Below are positions 52,981 through 64,000 of a stretch of 64,000 nt of DNA, in pieces. The stretch comes from Octopus sinensis. Lineage: Eukaryota. The DNA is taken from positions 48,546,001 through 48,610,000 of the forward strand of contig NC_042997.1 in assembly GCF_006345805.1 (NCBI RefSeq). The letters run 5' to 3'. The notes beneath the pieces are model-generated. The model searched no databases, was not told the DNA's origin, and was given only the letters and a program-made list of their open reading frames with translations. Position numbers and translations under genes: made by a program. How positions within the stretch are numbered: position 1 is the stretch's first letter; each line of letters begins with the position of its first letter.

Positions 52981-53128
52981 GAATTATGAAACCAGTGCTA
53001 CAACAGAGTGTGGGACAACCACAAACGAGCCACACTTTGGGCGACCCGAACTAGATGCACCTGTTATGGTCCCAGCTTAGGGTTAAATAGCCTCCGGACA
53101 GGTATCGCCATGACAACTTTCTCTCTCA
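52981..53128. other. Unidentified 148-bp insertion with 14-bp target-site duplication
   Basis: TGGATGATACCAAT at 52967-52980 and 53129-53142. Confidence 0.75.
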
Positions 53129-53636
53129 TGGATGATACCAATTTAACCTCTAATTGAATATGTGTGAGTGTGGTGTGTGAATGTGTGTGTATGTGTATGG
53201 CTATATGCGTATGTGTGTGTAAACTCTTTTTGTAGCTGCCAAACTCCAGCCAGATGCAAGCCACTTAGAAGCCAGATACAAGAACTTTAAATGGTCTGTT
53301 ACATATTTTATCTTCTTGGCAAAGTCTCTATTACTTGATCGGAATATACTCATGTGAGCTAATTTTGTTAAATGTTGCTAATTTATTACCTGATCTGAAT
53401 GTTTTTATGTAAGCTATTTTATCACTCATCACAGAGGATACACAAAGCATCAAAATTTTTCTTATCATTGTCAAAGACTCTATCACTCGATTGGAATACA
53501 TTTTTGTAAACTAATTTTGACACCACAGAGGATACACACACTTCACACTTTACTTTTGAAAATCATTTTAAAGAAGTGAAACCGGTCTAGTTAATAAATA
53601 CTTTAAAAGACTCTTGCATTTTCAGATTCTCTTCCT

Positions 53637-53681
<45 letters not shown>

Positions 53682-53888
53682 GTGTGTGTGTGTGTATGTG
53701 GGTGTGTGTGTGTAATGGAACAAAAACGCTATAGACGACAATAAGACATCCGGACAAATAGGTGAACCAAAGGCAGTTAGAAAAATATAGAGGGATAGGG
53801 AAAAAAGGACGGGTCATTCATGGCCTACCCTCATCGGTCAAGTTTCCAGATGTACTTTCATTTTAGGGCAATACACACACACACACAT

Positions 53889-53939
<51 letters not shown>

Positions 53940-54167
53940 TAAAAAATGGAGTTAACGCAAGTGTAATCAAATATTTTTACTTTCGACACATGTTTCGAAA
54001 ATTCCACTGATACTATTCAAAAGAATAAATAGTATAAACAAGGAGTTACAACACCTTTACTTGTGAGATTTTTGCTGCTCTGGTAACTATTTATTTATTT
54101 TTCCGTGTTAATTGTTAACAAAGTAAAAATACACTCATCTATATCTATATATATATATATATATATA

Positions 54168-54330
54168 GTCGCAGACCTGTATGTGTGGTAAAAGCTTGCT
54201 TTCCAACGACATGGTTACGCATTCAGTCCCATTGTATCGAACCTTGAGCAGGTGTTTTCTACTATAACCTCAGGCCGACCAATACCTTGTGAGTGGATTT
54301 GGTTGACGGAAACTCCTAAGAAGCTAGTTG
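54168..54330 (+). mobile_element. SINE family C 5' half
   Basis: cattcagtccc...ggccgaccaataccttgtgagtggatttgg. Confidence 0.75.
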
Positions 54331-54333
54331 TAT

Positions 54334-54392
<59 letters not shown>

Positions 54393-54612
54393 TCGAAATT
54401 TACAGGGAAAAATTCAATTTAGTAATACTAATCAAATTTCACAATATATAATATATAATATATAATATATAAATTAGAGAAGAACCACCATGTATCAATT
54501 CAACAATGATATAATTAAATTATAACATATAGAAAAAATTAAATATACGATAAACATTTACCTAGGCCTAAATAAAGTACGAAATAATAAATAAATAGTA
54601 TATAATTAATAA

Positions 54613-54699
54613 ATAGCCTACACGTGTTTCGTGGCTATATTTTCAAACTGATAACAGTAAAATCAGTTCAATTTAAATATAGTCACTCATCAGGTCCAT
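54613..54699 (-). ncRNA. Type I hammerhead ribozyme with intact catalytic core
   Basis: CTGATGA (54693-54687), long stem II GTGACTATATTT/AAATATAGCCAC with G10.1-C11.1, GAAA (54630-54627), stem III AC-ACGT-GT, GUA cleavage triplet, stem I atggac/ggctat with one mismatch. Confidence 0.8.
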
Positions 54700-54759
54700 G
54701 ATGAATACAATAAAATAATTAAATAAATGTACGTATATTATCTTATAAGAAAATATAAA

Positions 54760-55380
54760 TATAAATATAGAGAAGCCTTGTTTTGCCAGTGTAACTTTAT
54801 GCTTGCACAAATTTTGTTCCGATGCTGGAGAAGCAGGACTAGCTCCAGGTATTCTTTTGTAATGCTTTGTTTTGCCAAGAAGAAAAGGGAATGTTGCATC
54901 GTTTCTGATTATCTTTTACTTTGTCTTTGAAGCGCAAGAGTGGACTTCCAAATGATCATGTTGTTTGGAAGTGGCCAAAGAGCAGATGCTTCGGAATTCT
55001 GATATCAGTCATACGTGATAGATGACCTGATAATCTAATCGGTATTTTTATGAGGATAGCTTCAGTAACTGATATACTATATTTTGTTAGCATTTGAAAT
55101 GTTGCGAATATGGTCACTCGGTTTTATGTCGGAGGGTGTATGCAAGCATAGCACATGAAATGCGTCAAGCTGGATGATGCGCTTTCAGGGTCCATGATTC
55201 AGCAGTGATGCCAAAACCAGCGATTTGTATACACCGAATTTCACCTTCAACTTACATACATATGTGGTATTACGCCGGTAGAGTAGTTAGGATGTTGGAT
55301 ACAGTACTTAGTACCATATTATAATATGTAAATAGTGTTTTTTGCGCTTTGGTGACGGTTAATAGGATTTAGTATTACCA
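54760..55380 (-). mobile_element. RTE-clade LINE 3' fragment
   Basis: VYKSLVL...SWTL...LDAFH; MTDIRIPKHLLFG...LLRFKDKVKDN.KRCNI...W. Confidence 0.85.
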
Positions 55381-57144
55381 GGTATTAGTCACAAAGCTTT
55401 CTAATAAGATATGTAAATGGCATGGGCTTATACATATAACATAAGTAATCTCTGTTTACATATTCCAGATTATCAATATATGCTTACATTTACGTAAGTT
55501 CCTATGCGTAAGTATATATAAAACATACACACACACAAACGCACGTAATGTAGTCTTAGGCATGTTGCCGTAGTTATTAAGTTTTCTTCGCAATTATTCG
55601 ATTTCACCTTCATTCCCAGTGCGCGGTTGCTTGAACGGATGTCTTTTAAATAGCCATGGGTTAACTAGTGTTTTCTGAGTGAAATTAGGTGGAGACAGTA
55701 CAAAATTTTGTCGTATATAACCAATTTACCTACAACAAACCAACTACAGCAACGTTTCTGCAGTCATAACTTTCTGTTCTCCACATGTAACTGCCGTGAG
55801 CACTTGGCAAACAACTTCAACTTTTCTCGAACCACCTACAATTTGTTAGTACAACATAACCGAAAATCAATGTAGGATGTGAAAAGCACTTTTGTAAAAA
55901 AAAAAAATAATGCAAAATGGAACCAATTGCACTAAGAAAAAAAGTCTTTCATTATTTAGCCACACCACAACCACTAGCACAAATATACAAAGCAGTATAC
56001 ACATTCAATGAACAAAAGTATATAAAAGAATATAAAAAGTATATCCTACCAGTTAATAAAAAGTATATATCCTGCCAATTACGCACCAGAAATTAACAGT
56101 CTCATAAGAACCAAAGACATCCTTAAGCTTAAATCTACCAAAACTAAATACAATCGAAATAAAAGCCGCATCAAACAACTAAACAATTAAATAACAATTA
56201 TAAATCATAGAATAACTGAAAATCATCAGACATGTGTATCAATATGAAAAAACTAATATTAAACACTATATCATCTATTTAATATTTTTATCATCATCAA
56301 TAACAACAGTCAAACTACATTACATGTAGTCGTAGGAAGCTCAAATAATATATTCAGACTGCAACAACAAATCAACTTTTTAGAGGATATAAATAGAAAA
56401 TCAGATACCCAAAACTAATAACAAAAATCGCACTTCCACATTTAAAAAGGATTTTAACCCGTTTATTCTCACATTGAACAAAATTTAAACCCATTTGATC
56501 CCTCCAGTAGTTGAAAAGCAATAGGTAAATCTAACTTTTTAGAAGTCTCTGTACCATATAAAACACACAAACATATATATGAAATACGTAGGGCCCCAGG
56601 GAACGACAGCAACCAGCATTATGTACAATGACTCCCTACAAACATACTCGATCTTCCAGAATATGGAAGCTGGGCAAAATTATAATAATCCTAAATTTCC
56701 ACGAATACTTAAGCGAAATAACAAACTGTTCGCTAACATTCCCATGGGCACCTCCAAAAGCTCTGAGGCTGATAATTACTAGCACAAATTCACATATCTC
56801 CTCCCTAAAGCAACAATGAAAATGACATGTGGCTTCCAGAAAAAGAACTTTCTTCAAATATCAATCTTTCGATTGGTGTTCCTGTCGACATCAGCAAAAC
56901 TCTCGACTTCGACTCCATTACCCACTAATACAAACATTAATTAAGACAGCCTTAAGAGACAACTCAAAAAGCATTTCAAGACGTTGATCCCCTGTAGTGT
57001 AGAAGAAGAACAATACTCCTAGAACCTGGGGTAGATTATGTATCATTTCTCTGATCAGCTCCTTTAAACCTAAAGGCACAAAAGAAGTGACGCGATTTGC
57101 GACAGTACTTTTTCGTACTAGAGGCAAACACACACACACACGCA

Positions 57145-57193
<49 letters not shown>

Positions 57194-57650
57194 ACACACA
57201 CACCACACACACACACACATACACACACACAGACACACACAAAACGAGTCAGTCCGCGGGGCAAAGTAAGACGTCTCTTATCTAATGTTGTGTGAGGTGG
57301 GAGAGATCGAGACCGGAATCGCATTGTTAGGAAGACAAATTCTTAATCACAGGGCCATTTTCTGATCAGAGGTTATGAGTATGGCATTGTGGCTATTACG
57401 TCAATACCGACCTCATCCGCTCTATCATCATATATTTTAATGAGATACATCAAGCTTCCATCTAATAATGTTGTCCAATTATTAACTGTTATAACTCTAG
57501 TCGATATTATTGTTCATTTGTTCAAGTTGTAATTATTTCCGGATCATTTATTCAGGAATTCCAATTGTCATCAAATATTTGAAGAAATCAGTAACGAATG
57601 AATTTGAATACGTCGGAATGCTTGTAAAATATTCTTTGTTGTCGACGCAG

Positions 57651-57793
57651 TTGTTGAAACCCGAGGTCAACCACGATTGAAAATATCTACAATCATGGAT
57701 ATTCCAACCGTGAGCATACCGTTTAAGTGGAGCAGGGTAGGGTGTGAATCTGATGAAGACTTTGGCACTATTTCTTGCAGTCCAAGCAACGAG
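57651..57793 (+). CDS. Candidate internal coding exon of an unidentified host gene
   Basis: Acceptor ttctttgttgtcgacgcag, strong donor GAG/GTAAGA, 143 nt, phase 1 to 0, open frame VETRGQPRLKISTIMDIPTVSIPFKWSRVGCESDEDFGTISCSPSNE; no TE motif recognised. Confidence 0.6.
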
Positions 57794-58209
57794 GTAAGAC
57801 TCTTAATAGTTTCTAAATACATTTTGCATATAATACAGAATTATGATAAGAACTTTGTGTAGGAAGGTAAGTTCGAGTTCTTTTCCTCTAATTATACACT
57901 GAAATACAAAAGAAACGTCGAAATGTAAAAGATTATTTGCTTCACACACAATATTGAGATTATATGGATTTCATCCCATTTCTAAGTTATTTGACATTAC
58001 GAAGATGTCACTGAGCCACAACCCCGCTTTCTCTTCAAAACACAAGGATTGCATGAAAGTTTCGCACTCGCTCACTTTCGTGAACCTGGTAATGCTCGGG
58101 ATCGCATTTTTATGGAAAGCATGATGCACGTGCAAAACGTTGACTTATTGAGTATAAAAGACACCCAAATTTACCAGCCTGTCTTTCGTTTCCCGAACGC
58201 AGCAAGCAT

Positions 58210-58680
58210 GCGAAGACTAATACGAAATGAGAGCGAAAAAGTCATGGGTCATTGCTAATGACTTGAACTACAGTATTCGGACAATTAAACAACTGAGGGA
58301 AAGATACATTGCCACAAACAGCACGGATGATCATCCACGCAATGGCCGACCGAGGTTTACAACGGCGGTATTGCATTCAGCCAGAAACTTGGACGTCTGG
58401 TCTTCCAGAACATCGACCAAGGCTGTGGCAATGGAGTAACATCCCCACATCGACCAAGTGTTGAGGCTTCACATTGTGATATACTTTGCCCGTCATCGGA
58501 ATTACGTGTTCCAACACGACAAAGCCCATGCCCATACTACCAGGTTGACAACAGACTTCTTCCAAGAGCACAACATCCTATAGAGCACCTGTGAGAAAAG
58601 ATCCAAAGAAGGCTAAATGACATCCGTCCAAGGCCGATAACTGTAGCACAACTCAGTGCAAGTTTTAACAGAGTGTAGCT
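58210..58680 (+). mobile_element. Internally deleted Tc1-like relic
   Basis: IANDLNYSIRTIKQLRERY..T.STDDHPRNGRPRFTT, then FQHDKAHAH and IEHL*EKIQRRL. Confidence 0.8.
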
Positions 58681-58819
58681 ATCATAAAAATATAGTGCGC
58701 GTGTTTATTTGGCAAATAAATAATTTTTTAAAAAATAAATGAAATGACCATCCCGAAGTACAACAATATATATATGTATATATATATATGTATGCATGTG
58801 TGTGTGTGTGTGTGTGTAC

Positions 58820-60528
58820 CAACTTTTATTAATCTTTAGCTCATGGACATCATTGATGATGTGAAAGTGACCCCGTCATTAGTCTCGGATCATAACATAA
58901 TAGACCTGTCTATGTTTGGGTCGAGAGCAACCAGAGACATACAGCCTAACTAAAGCACCGGAAATCTCTCCAATCAAAACTTCCACAAAGCAGACTGGAA
59001 ATTGATCCAAAAAGAGATCATCAGACAGGACAGGCCGAAATGTTTCATGTCTTTTGTGCAAGCCATATGCCAGAAATATGTCCCAGAGAACAAGGCCAAA
59101 ACAAATAGGAACAAGATTCCAAGGGAGACAAAGATCCTCATGAGACTACGGACGAAGGTTGCAAACCGACTCAACCAACATCCCAAAAGTAGCGAAAGAT
59201 CCCGGCTAAAAACAACACTGATGAAGATCGAAAAAAGGCTGCAACAATTCTATGTGAGGGAGAGAGCATACAAAGAACTTTGGATTATAAAAAAACATTA
59301 AGGCCTTCTTTCATTACGCGAAAGAAACAGCCTCAGTACGCTGCAAGATAGGATCCCTCTTCCAAAAGGATGGCTCCCTCACAGACAGTTCAACCAGGAT
59401 CAGTGAGGTACTGAATGACCAGGTCAAAAGTGTCTTTACCACCTCGTTGGAACACAGACAAGTGATCGAACCAGAGGACTTTTTGCCGCCTCACCTATAA
59501 CCGACAAGGCAATTACGATGGAATACATCGACATTAGCGAAGAAGATATACTACTGGCCATAGCTGAAGTGGATACAAACACAACTGCTGGTCCTGATGG
59601 TTTCTCAGCAATCCTCCTCAAATCGTGTAAGCGTACTCTGGCAAATTCTCTCCAGATTCTCTTCCAGAGCTCTCTTGCAAATGGCAGACTGCCAAGCAAG
59701 CCGAAGGAGGGAATAATATGGCCAATACATAAAGGGGGAAGTAGAGCAGATGCCAAAGATTATAGGCCTATCTCTCTGACTTCACGCATCAGCAAAGTCA
59801 TGGAACGGATAGTCAGAGGGAAACTAGTCGCATTCTTTGAAGAAAATAACTTGCTGGGTGATACCCAGCAAAGTTTCCGACCAGGTAGGAGCTGCTGACT
59901 CAGCTCTTACAACATTATGACTGGGTATTGAGGCAGTTACTCAACAACACAAATGTGGACGTAATATAACCTGATTTTGCAAAAGCCTTTGACAAAGTGG
60001 ATCATGGTATGATATGCCACAAACTGCGTGATCTCAGCATAGCTGAAAAACTTGGAGAGTGGTTACATGACTTTCTGAAAGGTAGAAGTCAGGCAGTAGT
60101 GGCCAATGGAGCCACCTCAATGAAAACACAAATAGTGAGCGGTGTTATACAGGGCACTGTCTTAGGACTACTGCTTTTCATAGTGGCCCTCTCAGATATG
60201 CCCTCAACTGCCCGGAAAGCCACCCGTGCTAGCTACGCAGACGAAAGTCTCGCAGAAAGTACAGAATCCCAGGGATGTTGCACATCTGCAGCGGGAGTTG
60301 GACTCAATTTACAGATGGGCTGAGGAAAATAATATCCAGTTTAATACTGAAAAATTCCAAACCCTGCGCTACCAGCGTCCAAAACTGAATATGAAACTTA
60401 CAGGGTACACTAATCCACAGGGAATTTCAATCCCACAGCCTAAATCAGTGAGGAACCTGGTTATCGACATGAGTGATGAGACCTTTTTCCAAGTGCACAT
60501 TACCAGGAAGGCGACAAAGTGCATTTGA
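58820..60528 (+). mobile_element. Second CR1/L2-group LINE fragment, degraded
   Basis: SDHNII, AGPDG, YRPISLTS, FRPGRSC, DFAKAFDKVDHG, SGVIQGTVLG; many stops. Confidence 0.88.
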
Positions 60529-60780
60529 ATTCGAATTTTTCTTGTTTAAACTTTGTTCATGCATATTCTTATTTCACATTTTACTTTCCTTCTTAAATAA
60601 TTCTTTAATATGTTCTTTGTCTTAATGTATTTGCTGTATTAATGTATGTCATGAATTCAAGATGATTATCTAATTTTTGTCTTTTTCTGTATATCATGTT
60701 ATTACCTGTCTAGGGCCTCGGGTTCAACCAGAGCACTTCGAAGCAGTTCTGTAACTTTTCGAATATGTGTATATATATAG

Positions 60781-60844
<64 letters not shown>

Positions 60845-60912
60845 TTCTATTTATATATAGTAAAAATATATAATATTTATATTATATATATATATGTATA
60901 TATATGTATATA

Positions 60913-60972
<60 letters not shown>

Positions 60973-60974
60973 CA

Positions 60975-61011
<37 letters not shown>

Positions 61012-61441
61012 ACACATACATAATAGAATATAAACGTTGTGTCTGGAGAGAGTCATTCTCTTTTGGTGTCTTATAATTTAACATATTCACCGGTAAAATT
61101 TCCACTTATTTCTTTTTTTATTTCTCTAAAATTTTCGATGTGTCTTGCAAACTTTTCAATAGTTTTGACTCTGTTCGTTTCTCAAGCTGCGTTCTTTTTG
61201 TTTGTTTGTGTGTATGTGTGTGTGGATCAGTGTGTGTGCGCCTGTACGTGCATACAAGTATGTATGTACGTATATATGCATGTATGTATGTATTAATGTA
61301 TATATGCATGTGTGTGCATGCATGTATGTGTGTACATGTCGTAGTTTGTGTGTGTTTTGCAACTATGTACCGTGCATTTCCATATATGTAGACGTGTATC
61401 TCCATATCTGTCCTTGTGTGAAGGACATATATATATATATG

Positions 61442-61498
<57 letters not shown>

Positions 61499-61734
61499 CA
61501 CGCTCCTATCACACACCTACCTCCACATATAAAAACACATGCATACCCGTATAAATGAAGAGGTCGTGTGCATGAAAGTCGCACTTATCCACCGGACATA
61601 GTGTCCCACTCATATACATACATGTACATATACTCTCATACATACACATTCACACAAATAAAAAGGAAAAAGAAAAAATTAAAAAATATATATAGAAAAT
61701 AAAAAAATTTATAGATATTTGGTTAATGAGAGAG

Positions 61735-61880
61735 ACAGAAGACGGAAGATATGAGAATTTTTTTATTAATCACTACAATTGTTTCGAGCCATCTAGCATC
61801 ATTCCTTCAGGAGCATCTGACGGTATAGATGTGTCTCTTCTGATGATAAAATAACAGCTCCGTAAGCTATCTTCTCCGTT
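61735..61880 (-). mobile_element. Penelope pLTR-like piece with degenerate hammerhead (61771-61813)
   Basis: Minus strand CTGAAGG...CTC-GAAAC-AATT-GTA-gtga; palindromic stem III intact, box and stems I/II decayed. Confidence 0.45.
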
Positions 61881-62029
61881 CGTTTAAAGAAAATTTGTAA
61901 AGTAAAGGATATAGATTCATTTATATAGACAATCTATAATAAAAAATAGTAGATGCAAAAAAAGCAACGAACATGTATAGATTATGTATGTATGTGTGTG
62001 TATGTATGTATGTGTATATATATACATTT

Positions 62030-62240
62030 ATTCTTTTACTCTTTTAATTGTTTCTCTCATTTGACTGCGGACATATATATGACGGTCCTCCACGCAGTGT
62101 ACGTCGACCAAATACATTCACAATGAATTCGTCGGGTTGGGACTACAGAAGAATAGTAGAAGATATTTGCCCCAGTTTGGCAGTGTTGGAGAATCCGAAA
62201 CCATATAGTTGCAAAGAAATACTGTTTATTACACGGCCAT
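62030..62240 (-). mobile_element. SINE family C, internally deleted and degraded
   Basis: cttttactctttta.ttgttt...catttgactgcgg tail plus ccaaatacattcacaa...tagtagaagata.ttgccc head in reverse orientation. Confidence 0.65.
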
Positions 62241-64000
62241 TAACCCCTTAGTTAATTATAATTTATTCCTCTAATACCAACTTAAGACGAGTGAATGAAG
62301 TTCCGTTTGTTCCTTTTTATTATTGGAGTATCTTGGAAATCAATTCAATTCGATGCTAAACTGCGAATATTTTCGACCAAGCAAGTTTAAGATATAAAAA
62401 TATACATAATTAGAATTTCAGTTTGAGAATGTGAAGAGAATCTGATCGGCGCCATTCTGGCAGTTACCCACACCTGCAAAATTAGCAAAATGTGTATCGT
62501 GAATTTTAGAACTACTTGTTATATCTATATCTTTAGAAGGTTTTCCTTTTCAGCAAGTTAATTTAATATTAACTGGCTCCTCTCCTTACATCAGTGAAAT
62601 GTTCCTTTCTCTCACCCCTCTCTCTCTCCCTCTCTCCGTCTCTATAACATATTAACCAATCAACCATGCTTTGTCAATGATAGTTAAATATGGACAAGAG
62701 AAAATTCAGCACACAATAATTTGTGATTCTGTAAATGATGTCTAATATTTGAATAAGAGTTCGGCCATAAATCAAGAGCCATAAAACTTCAGCACACTAT
62801 ATCAGTCGATAGACAATTAATATATGTTCCGAACTAGATATTTGTCAATAGATTTATAATCTCTAATTTTTACATTGTTTTGTTATACGATGGGCATTTG
62901 TTGAATAGACGCAAGTAATGTCGGAATCTATTTCTGCAAAAGTTATCTTTAGTATAACTCATTGTGCAACTCACATAATTAACAATAGACTATGAGTTAT
63001 TAGCAATGGAATTATCTGTTGAAAAGAAGATGCATTCTTTTGCGAATCCTATGCAACATGTATGTTTAAACACTATACATACAACACCTATCACAAGCTT
63101 ATCATGCTTTAAGCTTGATAGAATATGAATGAAGATATCTTCGGGAAAGCAAAGGACATAATATAATGCAACCTATGACATAGATTATTACATTCATCAA
63201 TGTTGTGTGTGTGTGTGTGTGTGGGGGGGTACTTTGATATTCTCTTAATCAGATGTGGTAGATATTTATCTTTGTGTGTGAGAATAGACTAGTGTGAGCG
63301 TGTTTATGTGTGTGTGTCTGACTACATGTCTGTGGGTGTGGAGAAAATGTATATACACATGGATAAAGAGAGAAACGCATAAATAGATTCATACCTATAG
63401 AGAAGCATGAATCGAAAGATGCCTATATATTATACTGATAGACAAATATACACTTTATACAGCATCTCAGTAGCCTAAACGTAGGATCTGAAGAGCGGCG
63501 AACCACTCTATGTCTAAACTTTTTAATGGATGCTTATATGCATATTACACAGACCAATCGTTTACCCAGCAGTGTCCAAAGCCCATAATTTTCACCATGA
63601 TCATCGTCGTCATCTTTTTCGTCGCTGCTAGTGTTGTTGCTGATGCTATTATTTTGTGGTTCACATAGCATTTCGTTTTTCTGTCGGTATTTGATTTCTA
63701 GATATCAAACTGGATCCTGCAGCCTTAGTTTGCTGTTACCTTTCTCATAGTACTTACTGGACGGAGTAACATTTTCTGTTGAGCCAGGAAATTCGTCTCG
63801 GTATAAACATCTTTGAGCCACCATTCAAATTTCTTTCAAGTATTCCAAAACCTCCTATTGCTAAAGAAATAGTTTACAGATATTCCATCGAATGGAATAA
63901 CATCAATTCAGGAACACCCAAACTTTACGAAGGACTACAATGAGGGCGTAAAAGCTCTATTTGCTTAACAGTTTGAAGTTTCATATCTAAAATTCCTTTA

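Noticed and set aside
52981-53128. Faint resemblance of the insert's minus strand to 5S rRNA ends
   Set aside because: Only scattered short matches; internal control region not alignable

Overview
Eukaryotic, AT-rich, microsatellite-dense genomic DNA. The repeat landscape suggests a coleoid cephalopod such as Octopus (inference only). Most ORF-track entries are translations of simple repeats. The window is dominated by decayed mobile elements: Penelope-like retroelements (RT + GIY-YIG, hammerhead-bearing short pieces), two APE-RT LINEs of the CR1/L2 group, RTE, R4/Dong-type and L1-like fragments, a full-length Chapaev3-type DNA transposon (TIRs, 3-bp TSD, intron) plus a second degraded copy, several Tc1/mariner relics, a non-autonomous Helitron and at least three tRNA-derived SINE families. 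No complete host gene could be assembled, but one good candidate + strand coding exon (57651-57793) and weaker partners were found. Highlights: short elements inserted in (TA)n tracts that carry hammerhead motifs or perfect fold-backs, one hammerhead with an intact core, a covarying LINE 3' hairpin, a 39-nt templated patch copied between two TE relics, and an unidentified 148-bp insertion with a 14-bp TSD. Coordinates of degraded elements are approximate.
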